A stretch of 64,000 bases of DNA from NCBI RefSeq assembly GCF_009914755.1, contig NC_060930.1, one strand, 5' to 3'. Positions 13,670-24,842 of this stretch are shown piece after piece (positions within the stretch are counted from its first letter, which is position 1; every line of letters starts with the position of its first letter). A program made the position numbers and the translations under genes. The stretch comes from the human T2T-CHM13v2.0 reference genome, Homo sapiens. The notes beneath the pieces were generated by a model that was not told where the DNA came from, made no database searches, and saw only the letters and a program-made list of their open reading frames with translations.

Positions 13670-13930
13670 TGCCCTCCCCATAAATAGAGCCGCGGCGGCA
13701 GCGCTGGGGTGCTCGGCGGATTGGGCCGCGCACGCTTTGAAGTGCCGGGCAGCCTCCCATTGGCCGAGAGCGGCCATATCAGACCCAGCCGGGCGGGTCT
13801 GGGAGGCCGGGGGCCAACAATGGGCTCCCGCACGCCTGTTTCATGTAAATCCGGGGCCCCAGCCCTGCGAGCCCCGGCCCAGCCCCTACACCCCCGCCCT
13901 TCTCCAAATGTTTGCACCTCCATCAAAGCG
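13670..13930 (-). promoter_or_regulatory. TBXT proximal promoter: TATTTAT (~13679-13686), CCAAT boxes (13720-13724, 13759-13763), TCF/LEF sites (CTTTGAAG 13735-13742, CATCAAAG 13921-13928), SOX AACAATG 13816-13822, OCT-like ATGTAAAT 13843-13850, FOX-like TGTTTGC 13909-13915
   Basis: Motifs read directly. Two TCF sites mediating Wnt/beta-catenin activation are established for the mouse T promoter. Confidence 0.8.
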
Positions 13931-14129
13931 GCGGGGCAAGCCCCGGAGGAAGGTAAGCTGGACGCCCCGGCCTGCCCCAGCCCGCCCCAGCCCGCCCCAG
14001 CCCGCACTTCCGCGAGGGGCTGCCCGGCAGCCTGCGATGCTCCCTGATTCCCGCGCGGGGTCCTCCTCGCTTTCCCAGCGCGCCCGGATCCCGCAGCCGC
14101 GCCAGGCTGGAACGTTCGCGCGGCCTCAC

Positions 14130-14445
14130 CTGTCCCCGCTCCAGGCGCGCCTCCCTCCCCTCCCAGGGACGAGCGCATTTGGCCGGGCTTTGGGATGCGC
14201 CGCGCTCGTCTCGCCGCAGTAGTAGTGCTGTTCTCGCGCCTCCGATGCCTCAACTCTCCAGTCTGGCAGTTTCCGGTGCACCTGTCCCCACACGTCCCTC
14301 GCCCACGGAGCCCCAGGCGGCGTTACGCACACCCAGGATCGTGGATCAGCCTGCCCCGGCGTCGGGTGTCCCCGCGGCTCTCACCATCTGGAAAAGGAAG
14401 GTCCGCGCGCAGAGAGGGAAATGGACGGAAATAAGCAAAAGCAAA
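14130..14445 (-). other. TBXT: TBXT upstream non-coding first exon (5' end approximate), spliced to acceptor at 13570
   Basis: Strong donor CAG|GTGAGG at 14130. Pyrimidine tract plus AAG|TCTTGG acceptor at 13570. Junction agrees with my recollection of the long TBXT 5' UTR. TATA-like element ~35 nt upstream. Confidence 0.7.
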
Positions 14446-14477
14446 ACAACCCCTTCTGAGAAGTGTCCTCCTCGCTC

Positions 14478-14487
14478 TCTTATAAAA
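14478..14487. promoter_or_regulatory. Bidirectional TATA-like element (TATAAAA on +, TATAAGA on -)
   Basis: ctctTATAAAAaca, ~35 nt upstream of the putative upstream first exon. Confidence 0.5.
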
Positions 14488-16606
14488 ACAGGACTTGTTG
14501 CCGAGGTCAGCGCGCGCATCGAGTGTGCCAGGCGTGTGCGTGGTTTCTGCTGTGTCATTGCTTTCACGGAAGGTGGGAGAAGGTCGGGGCTGGCGGGGTG
14601 GTCCGGACTAGTGGGACTCGGGGCGCTTTCCCCGCCCGGCCCAGCGCCAAGCGGTGTCGGCAGCGGTTGTTTTATTACCTTTCGGTGAGAACTTACGCGA
14701 GGAGAGCGAAGGAGAGGTGACAATGAGCAGGAAATAGTTCAGTGGGGTCTCTTTAAACAGTAACATTCCTCCTAAAACGGGAGCCCAGGAAGGGGGAAGG
14801 AGGCAGAAGCTCCCCCTTCCAAGGCCTGGCTTTGCGCTTCTGCACACCTCGCCCATTCGCTGGACGAGGGCCTGCCTCGGGTAGCAGCCTCTGTTTCCCG
14901 GTCTCCTGAGCGGGCACCCCAGCCCCAACCCCTCTAGAGAAAGCCTGCGCATCGGGTGGGGCAGCGAGTTCAGAGGAGTCTTGCGCCCTAGCAAGGGGGC
15001 TTTCCCGCGGACATGGTATCTGCGCCCCGCGCTAAGTCTCCCCTGCCCCCTGCCCCCTGCCCCTCGCCCCTCGCCCAGCCGGGCTCGCTCCGGGGTCGGG
15101 AATTGCTGGGGAAGCCGAAGGAGGGATCCCCGCCCGGGACTCGAGGGATCGACCCGCCTCGCGGTATGCGGAGGGCTGCCAGGAGCCAGTCCCGGGGAAG
15201 GGTGCCTGCCGCCCGTGGGGGACAGGGCTCCTTCTCTCCCTTCTCCAACTTACACCGACGAGTCAGGAAGCCGGAGCGTCTAGTCCCTGTCCTCATTTCT
15301 CAGTGTCTTTTGATGTCTGGGATGCATGGATATTCCCAGGGGGCTGACCCGAGGTGGGGAAGTTTCCTTCTAGAAAGAGGCACCAAAAGGACCTCATTTG
15401 CTCCTGACGCCGGACCCTCCTGACACGCCTTCACTGGCTCATCGGGTCCTGGGCTTTGGGGGAGAGCGTGGTGCGTGTTACTCTCCTTACTCCGGGTATT
15501 AAAATGTCTAAGAGGTCATCGCTTTGGCCCAAGGCCTCCCGAGGATAAGATAAAAGGGAAAAGTGGAGGGGAGGTGAAGGAGGAACGAGGGTGGGTCCCA
15601 GGCAATTGAGGGCCTCGGAACCCTAGGCACGGGAGCGAAACCTCTCCTGCGGCTTCAGGGCAAAGGAGTCCCGAAGGCTGGATCCCTCCCCTGCGCTCGG
15701 ACGGCGTCGCGGCCGCTTTTCCCACAGTCGGGAAGCGCCAAAGAAGACTGGAGGGTTTAACAGATCGCTCTAAAACTGTTCCGAACAGGAGGGGCACGGC
15801 CAAATAAGAATACAACTTCAGCAGGAAAGAATATTCCGTTTCTAACACGCGTAATAAAATTTCTACTCTCCAGAGAGAATGTCTGAAGCATTGAAGAGTA
15901 GACCCAGGAATTGAACCACCCAAGTCGGAGGAGGTAGAGGTTGGAAGTCACCGACTTTGGCCAGCACTTGTGTAGTGTCACCTGTCTTCACTTTCTAACG
16001 TTTATTTTTCCTCCCCTTTCTGTGGCTGATTTTCTGATCTTTGTTCCTCGGTTCCCAGGACCAGGCCCACTCCCTCCGCCTTTTCAGCGAAGGCTGCAGT
16101 GCATGACAGTTTACAGCCAAAACTTCCTCCAGCCCGGCTATAAAGAATTCCCAGTTAATAACAATGCGCTTCCTTGGGAGGAAAGAGGGGCTGAGGCACC
16201 GCCAGCTGTTTCGCTCCCAGGGTCTATCTCTCCTTGGCAAGCCCAGCCATTCAGAGAAAAACAAGACAAAGCCTTATGGCTGGGCCTCAGGATGCAACTG
16301 TCCCACCGAAAACATGCTTGAAACATTTTATAAGAAAACACACACACACACCCCACTCGACTCCCAGAGAGGCAGTTTTCCTGGGCCCAATCCCTTCTGA
16401 AAAAGCAAAGCCATTTATCTTTAGAAGCAGGCAACAATGAAGCTGTAACAGGCTCAAGGAGGGGTGGAGGATAGCCTCGCGTGACTCTTACCCCACACTC
16501 TAGTCCCTCTCTTTCTGCAAGAAAAACAAATGAATTTCTTTTCTGATTATATATGTACTCCTTGTAGAAATATTATATATGTATCTGTCTTCATATATAT
16601 GTAAAA

Positions 16607-16915
16607 CAGTCACCCACAGTATCTGTGGGGGATTGGTTCCAGGACCTACAAAGATGGCAGAATCCAGGGATGCCCTAGTCCCTTGGCATGGTATTTGCAT
16701 ATAACCTATGGACTTCCTCCATGAACTATAAATCACTTCTGGATTACTTATAATACCTAATACAATGTAACACTATGCAAATAGTAGTTATACTGTATTG
16801 CTTTTTATTTGTATAATTTTTATTCTTTCATTATTGGGGAGAGGGAGTTTGGAATGTTTTCTATCAATTCAACCAACCACGGATATGGAACCTGTGGCTA
16901 TGGAGGGCTGGCTGT
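16607..16915. mobile_element. MER2-like Tigger-derived DNA transposon
   Basis: cagtcacccacagtatctgtgggggattggttccagga start and ggagggctggctg end. Confidence 0.8.
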
Positions 16916-19900
16916 ATGTTTATCTCTCTCTATGTATATAAATGCTAACCTCAAGCACTAAGCAATGTTCATATTTTGGGGTGTTCCTCGTCTTTTTTTC
17001 ATTTTGTTCTTCTCATGAGCTCCTTCTCCCACACTGACTAAGCGGACTGATCGCAAACAGTCACAAGTTCTACATTAGAGATGACAGCCATGTTTCATGG
17101 CCAATAATTCTGCCACCAATTGGTTTATTTGTCTCTCCCATTAAAAGAAACCCAATGGCTTTTGTTATTGCTTTAAAAGGTGTGTAACGTAATTCTTTAG
17201 ACTCTTTACCATTGAAAAATTTTTAAAGCCCATTGGGTTGTTTGAGGTGGTTGTGGTTTTGTGGGAAAGAACAGAGACTTGGTTTTTTAAAGTCTTCCTC
17301 TCAGGACAAGGATCCCACCCTGTGCACAGCCGGCCCCTCCCTGCTGCTCTAGGGAGAAGGCTTCGTGATGTGCTCCCTGATCCGCAGGGAGGCTGTGGCC
17401 ATGTGGGGTGGACGCAGGGACTACCGTCAGCCTCAGGCTGCGTCTCAAAACCTGATCCCATCCAAGCTATTTTTTTGGAGTCAGTGGGCTTCGTCACACA
17501 TGACAGTGTGTGGTTGTTTTAGTGACAGGAGTTCACAGATTAACAACAAACCAACCTGCCCAGTTGAATGTTTGGGAATGTGACAATCCCAAACCTTTCT
17601 CCTTAAAACTCTAGTGCTTCAGCTCCTATCTCTTTGGAATTCAAGTTTCCAGAGGAGAAATCGGGCTGCTGGATTTTGATCTCTTCCTCGGTAGAGAAGG
17701 GTAGCTTGAGTTTTTCTGCCCAGATACTTAATTTTTTCAATGCCTTGTGGATGATAAGTTTCTTGGCGATAGTTTCAGTGGGAATCTGCTGATTTTGCTT
17801 GGCATGCAGGGAAAGCCCTTTCCAACTCAACAAGTCTCTTTAGTTCTGATTGGTATGATGGTGAGTACTGTTTCCACTTCAGGGGTTATCTGTACTTCCA
17901 AATCTGAGGATCCTTGCCTAGTCTCCCGCCTCCTCCCCCTGTGTTGTTTCAGCTCTTAGATCTTTCTGCATATATTAAATGGCTTGTGAAATGTTTTTTC
18001 CACACCACTCTGTCAATTTCCCTCCATGTCACTTTTGGTTTTTACTGCCTCCAATGCAGATTTTATTTCTCTGTTGTAGCTCAGTTTTCTGGTAATCCTT
18101 ATTTCCTCCACGTCCCTTGTCATCTTATTCCATGGCCTTCTAGAGCAGCCTTTTTGCTCCTTAATGTTCTGTTTCTGCTTCTTAGAGGCCACAGTTCTCT
18201 GCATCTTCTGGTGCTTATGGTTTATTTTTTCCCAAGGCTGCTTTTCCTCTGTGTCTTCTGAATAATCGCTCTCCCTGCTTCCCTTTCAGCCTTTTCTGGG
18301 AGTCTCCACGGCCTTTTCTTTTCCTTCCTCCCCCTCTTACATAGGGGTGACTGCCCAGCATGCCTTCTGCAGGGCTGCACTCTCAGGGGCCCTGGATGGA
18401 TGCCCCTTTCATAGCCACCTTGGGAAGACAGAGGTGTGGGGCCTGCCTTATTCAGGGTGAAACCAGCCCTTGACTGGTGGCAGGGACTCAGCAGGCCTTT
18501 GCTGAGTGGCTGCGTTGGCAACACGGAAATGCAGTAGCATGTCTATCTAAGAAACAGCAGTAGCACTGTCCTCAGATCCACTGGACATATGCTGCTGAGC
18601 ACTTTCATCATGAACAAAACATCAATCCTTCACATTTACTAAAATGCAGGATGCTTCTGAAACTCCAAGGGCCCTTCTCTAGTAACCCGCTCATTGATTC
18701 AAATAGTCAGGTGTTTTGGAGAGAGTAAAGGAAGGGTTTCCTGTGAAAATTGTGTATTAAATGAGACCTTAAGAATTACTACAAGTGAGCTATTCCAAGG
18801 GAGGCTTGAAGATGCGGGGGCAGGAACATGCTTGCAGGCTGAAAATGACTCCAGTAATCATGACTGGGGACCCCCACGCAATCGTTTAATTCATATTTAT
18901 ATACCTGTTTATGTCATACTACTGGAAATGTTCTTTCTCCCTCCTCTACAACTAATTTTGAAAAATCCTATTTTGGCCCTGAATAAAATATCTGGCAGAA
19001 AAGAATGTTGGAAATAAATGCGGGTAGACGTACACACACACATACTCTGGCTGGACCAGCTCCAACTTCCATAATCACCATTTAGCAGGAAAGGTTGACA
19101 TGATGTCCCTAATCAGAACATGCTGTGATCACTGTTTTGAAGGGATCCGCAGGGCAGGCAGGCTCTGAGCTCTGCACCAGGGCCTGACACTTGCCTGAGG
19201 AAGCAGGGGTGGGAGAAACCAGCAGGAGCTCCCCAGAGGCCGCTGGGGAGAGGAGAGGGGTGGGGCTTGGCACCAGAGAGTCCAGGGAGGTAGCGCTTCC
19301 TGTTGAAGAACAAGGGTACTCAGGAAGGCAGAGTGGCGCTGCAGGACCTACAGAGCCCCTGGGCACATGAGGAAAGAGAGCCTACGAGGTTTATAAAGTG
19401 TCCGAATATGGAGCAAACTTGAGATCAATAAACTGAGAGAAAAACAGTCTAATCTGAATGACAGTGGAGACTCAAAAGTCACAATCGCCTATTTAATAAG
19501 AACAAGTGAGATGTCACGGCAGGAGGGGTGAAGCCTGGCAGGAAATGTTAGGTGAGACCAAGTGCTGAGTATGTGGTGAGGGAACATAAACTAGGAGGAG
19601 ATGAGATCAAACAGGGGCGGAAATGGATGGGATTGCAATACCCTCAAGGGAACAGGCAGGAAGAACTCCAGAAGAGACTTGCAATAATTCTGGAAATGGA
19701 GCACTTTAGAGGGTTCCTATAGAAATTCCCATCAATATTGTAGGCAAAGACAATGAACCAAAAAAAAGTGATTGAATTATAAGAATACTTTGAAAGGACT
19801 ATTGAAGGCTAGTGGAAAAAACGGAAGACAAGAGCAGAACAGAGCTGAAATCTGCAGAAGGACTTAATGGCGGGAGAGAGGGGAGGAGGCTGCAGCCTGG

Positions 19901-20601
19901 AGGTAATGGGAGGACCAGGGTGAGAGAGAGAAGCCCAAAGGGAAGCTAGGGCTGAGGCTGCCATGGGGGCGGGGAGTAAAGGGCTGTACTCCCTACAGAT
20001 CAAGTACCAGACTGATAGTAAAAATGAGACAAAGGGGAAGGACTTAGCACACCTGTGAGAACAGATTCAGAATCAGTGGTTCCCACCACAGGGACTTCGG
20101 CTGAAAAGACACCTCAGAGGAGAAAAGCCCATTTGGAAATTAGAATTAGCACACATTCTACGACCGATAGTCACAGCTCCAAGGTGACAAGCTGTCCCAG
20201 CCCCAGAACCCTAAAAGGAGCTGACATTCATTGGCGCCTATTACGTGCGAGGAATTGTGCATACATTATCATTTAGGCATTGATGGGAGATAGTATTCCC
20301 TCTTGTATATACAAGGCAACTCAGAGAAAAGAGTAAAAAAAATGGAGTGGCATTTTGATTTCTGATTTGTCTCATTAAATGCAGGTTATTTCCACTAGAC
20401 TAGGTTAAATATGTGAGAAGTAGAAGCAAAGTATGTGAAAAGTAGAAACAAGTTTTTTTCTCTCTTTCACCCACCATATTCATACAACCACATATGAAAG
20501 GAATCTGGTGTGCTTGCACTCAAGTGTGAGTGTTTGGAAAAGGGAGGTGGTGGGGAAACTAGTTGAGTTTAACTACTTTTGAGATCTAAAAAAAAGTTTA
20601 G

Positions 20602-21496
20602 CAACCCCATCAAAAAGTGGGCAAAGGACATGAACAGACACTTCTCAAAAGAAGACATTTATGCAGCCAAAAAACACATGAAAAAATGTTCACCATCACT
20701 GGCCATCAGAGAAATGCAAATCAAAACCACAGTGAGATACCATCTCACACCAGTTAGAATGGCAATCATTAAAAAGTCAGGAAACAACAGGTGCTAGAGA
20801 GGATGTGGAGAAATAGGAACACTGTTACACTGTTGGTGGGACTGTAAACTAGTTCAACCATTGTGGAAGTCAGTGTGGCAATTCCTCAGGTATCTAGAAC
20901 TAGAAATATCATTTGACCCAGCCATCCCATTACTGGGTATATACCCAAAGGACTATAAATCATGCTGCTATAAAGACACATGCACACGTATGTTTATTGT
21001 GGCACTATTCACAATAGCAAAGACTTGGAACCAACCCAAATGTCCAACAATGATAGACTGGAATAAGAAAATGTGGCACATGTACACCATGGAATACTAT
21101 GCAGCCATAAAAAAGGATGAGTTCATGTCCTTTGCAGGGACATGGATGAAATTGGAAATCATCATTCTCAGTAAACTATCGCAAGGACAAAAAACCAAAC
21201 ACCACATGTTCTCACTCATAGGTGGGAATTGAACATTGAGAACACATGGACACCGGAAGGGGAACATCACACACACTGGGGCCTGTTGTGGGGTGGGGGG
21301 AGTGGGGAGGATAGCATTAGGAGATATACCTAATGCTAAATGACGAGTTAATGGGTGCAGCACACCAGCATGGCACATGTATACATATGTAACTAACCTG
21401 CACATTGTGCACATGTACCCTAAAACTTAAAGTATAATAATAATAAAATAAAAAATAAAAAATAAAAAAATAAAAATAAATAAATAAATAAAAAAC
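20602..21496 (+). mobile_element. 5'-truncated L1PA3-like element (ORF2 C-terminus, 3' UTR, A-tail)
   Basis: ORF2 peptides [15 protein letters not shown] and YTMEYYAAIKK. 3' UTR gctaaatgacgagttaatgggtgcagcacaccagc. TSD-like agtttag on both sides. Confidence 0.9.
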
Positions 21497-22644
21497 AGTT
21501 TAGTCATCTGAAAGACAGTAATAGGAGCTGGGGGAAGAAAATCCCACCACGTAAATAACTTCCAATCCCGGCAGAGATGCTGAACTATAATCACAGGTAT
21601 GGCAACCAGAGAGAAAAACAGATGCCAAATAATGCTTAGGCCTAAACACATCATTCTGAGTTTCCAAAGAACCCCGTGAAGTCAGTACTGTTATCCCCTC
21701 CTTAAAAAAAAAGGTCATAATAAAAGGAAATGTACATCAGAGAGGTGAAGAAGTTTGCCCAAGGTTACAGTTAGTGTGGAACTAGAATTCCAAGTTACGC
21801 TAATGGACTATGGTAATTCCAAAACAAGAGTAGGAAGACAAGGATTAACTCCTTGGATGATTATCAGCTCACGTATAACATTCGAACATGGTTGACTTCA
21901 GGAACTGGATTTAAAAAGAAACCTGTATCAAGGTTATCACTACAGTGCTTCACTTGAGTGTTAGAGGGATTAAGATGAGAGGCAATGAAAGGAAAACAGG
22001 GGCATGCCATAGGAAGTTTGTGCAGTGCTGCCTGGAGAGGTTTGAATGCACAGCACATATTTGCATGTATTTCTCATGTTTGTGGGAAAGCAAAATTGTG
22101 TTAAGATGACCAAACCTAATTGAAACCTTGAAACCTAAAAATGTGAGAACTTTATTATTACAACAGGAAATACATATAGTGAAACATCAGTTGGCTATTT
22201 GGCTAGAGTGCAGGACTAAAGATCAGGTAAATCATGCCCTTAAAATGTGAAAATCATGTGGTATCTTTAGCCCGAGTTTCTTTCACAATTTATAACGTAG
22301 GAGTGTTGGCTCCATACAAAGGTTTGCGAAGGTTAAAAAATTAGTTCTGGGTGTTGTTTTCAGCTATATCCTGAAGTAAGGAATGGTCCCTCCTAAAATA
22401 CATTGGTTCGCTGCCTGCCTGGCATAGAACCACAGGCTTATTTTTTGAGTCCTTTATAAGAAGGTACTTCAATTAACAGACCTGCAGAGGATGGAGGTCA
22501 TCAGTATCTTCTTCACTCTCAAAGTGTGCTTCCGGGAACACCTTCCCTGAGAAAGGCAGAACAGGTGCACTGAATGATGAGCGCTCAGCTATTTCCATCA
22601 TCCTTAGCTTCAAAATCTATGTCCAGTCTAGAAAATTCTTCTTC

Positions 22645-22923
22645 TTTTTTTTTTCGAGACCACATCTCACTTTGCTACTGAGGCTGGAGTGCTGTAGCCC
22701 AGTCATGGCTCACTGCAGCCTCAGCCCACAGGGCTCAAGCGATCCTCCTGCCTCAGCCTCCCAAGTTGCTGGGACCACTATATCTGGCTAATTTTTTATT
22801 TTTTGTAGAAACAGACTCTCGCTATGTTGCCCAGGCTCGTCTTGAACCCCTGGGCTCAAGTGATCCTCCTGCCTCAGCCTCTCAAAGTGCTGGGATTATA
22901 GGGGTGAACCACCGCACCCAGGC
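22645..22923 (-). mobile_element. AluJ-type (internally deleted)
   Basis: Reverse Alu consensus. Confidence 0.8.
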
Positions 22924-23830
22924 AAGAAAATTCTTTATATATATTTTGGCTTCCTTCTCCATTTGTTCTTTCATTATAAATAGGTTTGACAAATTTTCTG
23001 TGTTCTTTTGGAAACAGTAATGTATGTATATCTCTCTGGGAGTTCAAAATATTATTAAAGGATTGTATTCTACTTAGGCTATTTTCTTTTCTTAAGTCTT
23101 TTCTCGTCTTCTGATCACATGGGGAGGAGGAAAAGCGGCAACGTTTTCTTTTTTAAAAAAATACATGCCTATGATAGCAATAACCCACCAGGTGTCACAG
23201 TAGGCATTTAGTCATTGCCGATGGAATGGAAGAATACATGACTAAATTTTTAGTGACTCCTAGCTCCGTCCCCACAGCTCATTAACTTTTTAATTTTCCC
23301 AAGTGCCCTTACAATTCAGTCCACAGGAATATGTAATATTGAAGATTACAATTCAATTTTTGATGTGATTTGATGCAGGAGGGGATTTATTCTGGCTGCT
23401 GTGTTGAGAATGACAGGGACAAGATTGGAGGTAGGAAACCTAACTGGGCCACTGCAGCGATTAGAGTAAGACATGTCATCTCCTTGGCCCAGTGAGGTGG
23501 GCAGGGAGAAGGGGTCAAACCCTAGGCAAACTTCAAAGGTGGAGCCCACAGGGTTTGCTGGACAGGTTGGATGTGGAGGGTTGAGAGACACGGCCATGTG
23601 GAGGGGCCCATTAGGCCGTGGGATCTCCTGGCACTCAGGGTTGAGGTCCGAGCTGGTGATACATCCAGGAGTTGGCAGGACAGGAGTGGTATGGAGTCAT
23701 GGAACTGGGTGAGCTCACCAGTGGAGGGCTCACACCTGCATTTGCAGTCACAGGTCTAATGTGAGCCTACAGAGCTTTTAGGGTTGTCCAAAAATCACAT
23801 GTCGGCCTACTTTAGAAATAAGGATCATAG

Positions 23831-24188
<358 letters not shown>

Positions 24189-24740
24189 CTAGAGCCTTCA
24201 CTGGTCATCACCAGGTAATAGCACTGGAGATAAACCAGCGGGATGTAACTCAGATCCTCAAGGAAGGCAGAGTAGGAGGAGGGAAAGCTGGAAGGCCTGG
24301 GTTCCAAGCGCGTTAAGAAAATTATCCCAGTCATCAAGGACTTTCACAACCTTCTCATGCGGTGGTCTGATGGCTTGCTTAGAGATGAGGAAACCAAGGC
24401 ACTGGCCGCTTCACTTCTTCCCATGTTACCAGGGAATGAAATGTAACCCACAGCCTGTCTGGCCAGCTGGAAACTTGGCGCCTGCTCTTTTCTCCCCTGG
24501 ATCTGTTGAGAAGAGACCAGAACCTTATCTAAAAGGGGCAGGTTTTAAAGTTGAAGTGTGTGGCTCAAATATCTTTAAAATTTTATTTGCTTACAAAGAA
24601 AATATGTTTTTGTGCACAGCATTTTGTAATAAACCCAATACAGCCAAGCTTTCCTCTAGCTTTTACATTGCACTGGATGAAGTTGCCGACTTGCATTTTG
24701 GTACAAAGTTTAGATATTTTTGTTCTGTTTTTGGCTAAAC

Positions 24741-24842
24741 ATTTATAGTTGAATTCACCTGAGTTATTTATAGTTGAATTCACCTGAGTTGAACTCACCT
24801 GAGTTGAATTCATGTGAGCTCTATGGCTATGAGCTCTATGGC
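24741..24842. repeat. Short tandem repeats (agttgaattcacctg x4; gagctctatggc x2)
   Basis: Direct repeats visible in sequence. Confidence 0.85.

Larger units (their letters stand above)
12250..15300. promoter_or_regulatory. CpG island over the TBXT promoter and first exons
   Basis: Very high GC content and dense CpG compared with flanks. Boundaries estimated by eye. Confidence 0.9.

Noticed and set aside
12783-15423. Long Pro/Arg/Gly-rich ORFs on both strands (e.g. 12783-13622, 279 aa)
   Set aside because: Expected from stop-poor CpG-island sequence or antisense to the TBXT CDS. No recognisable domain.
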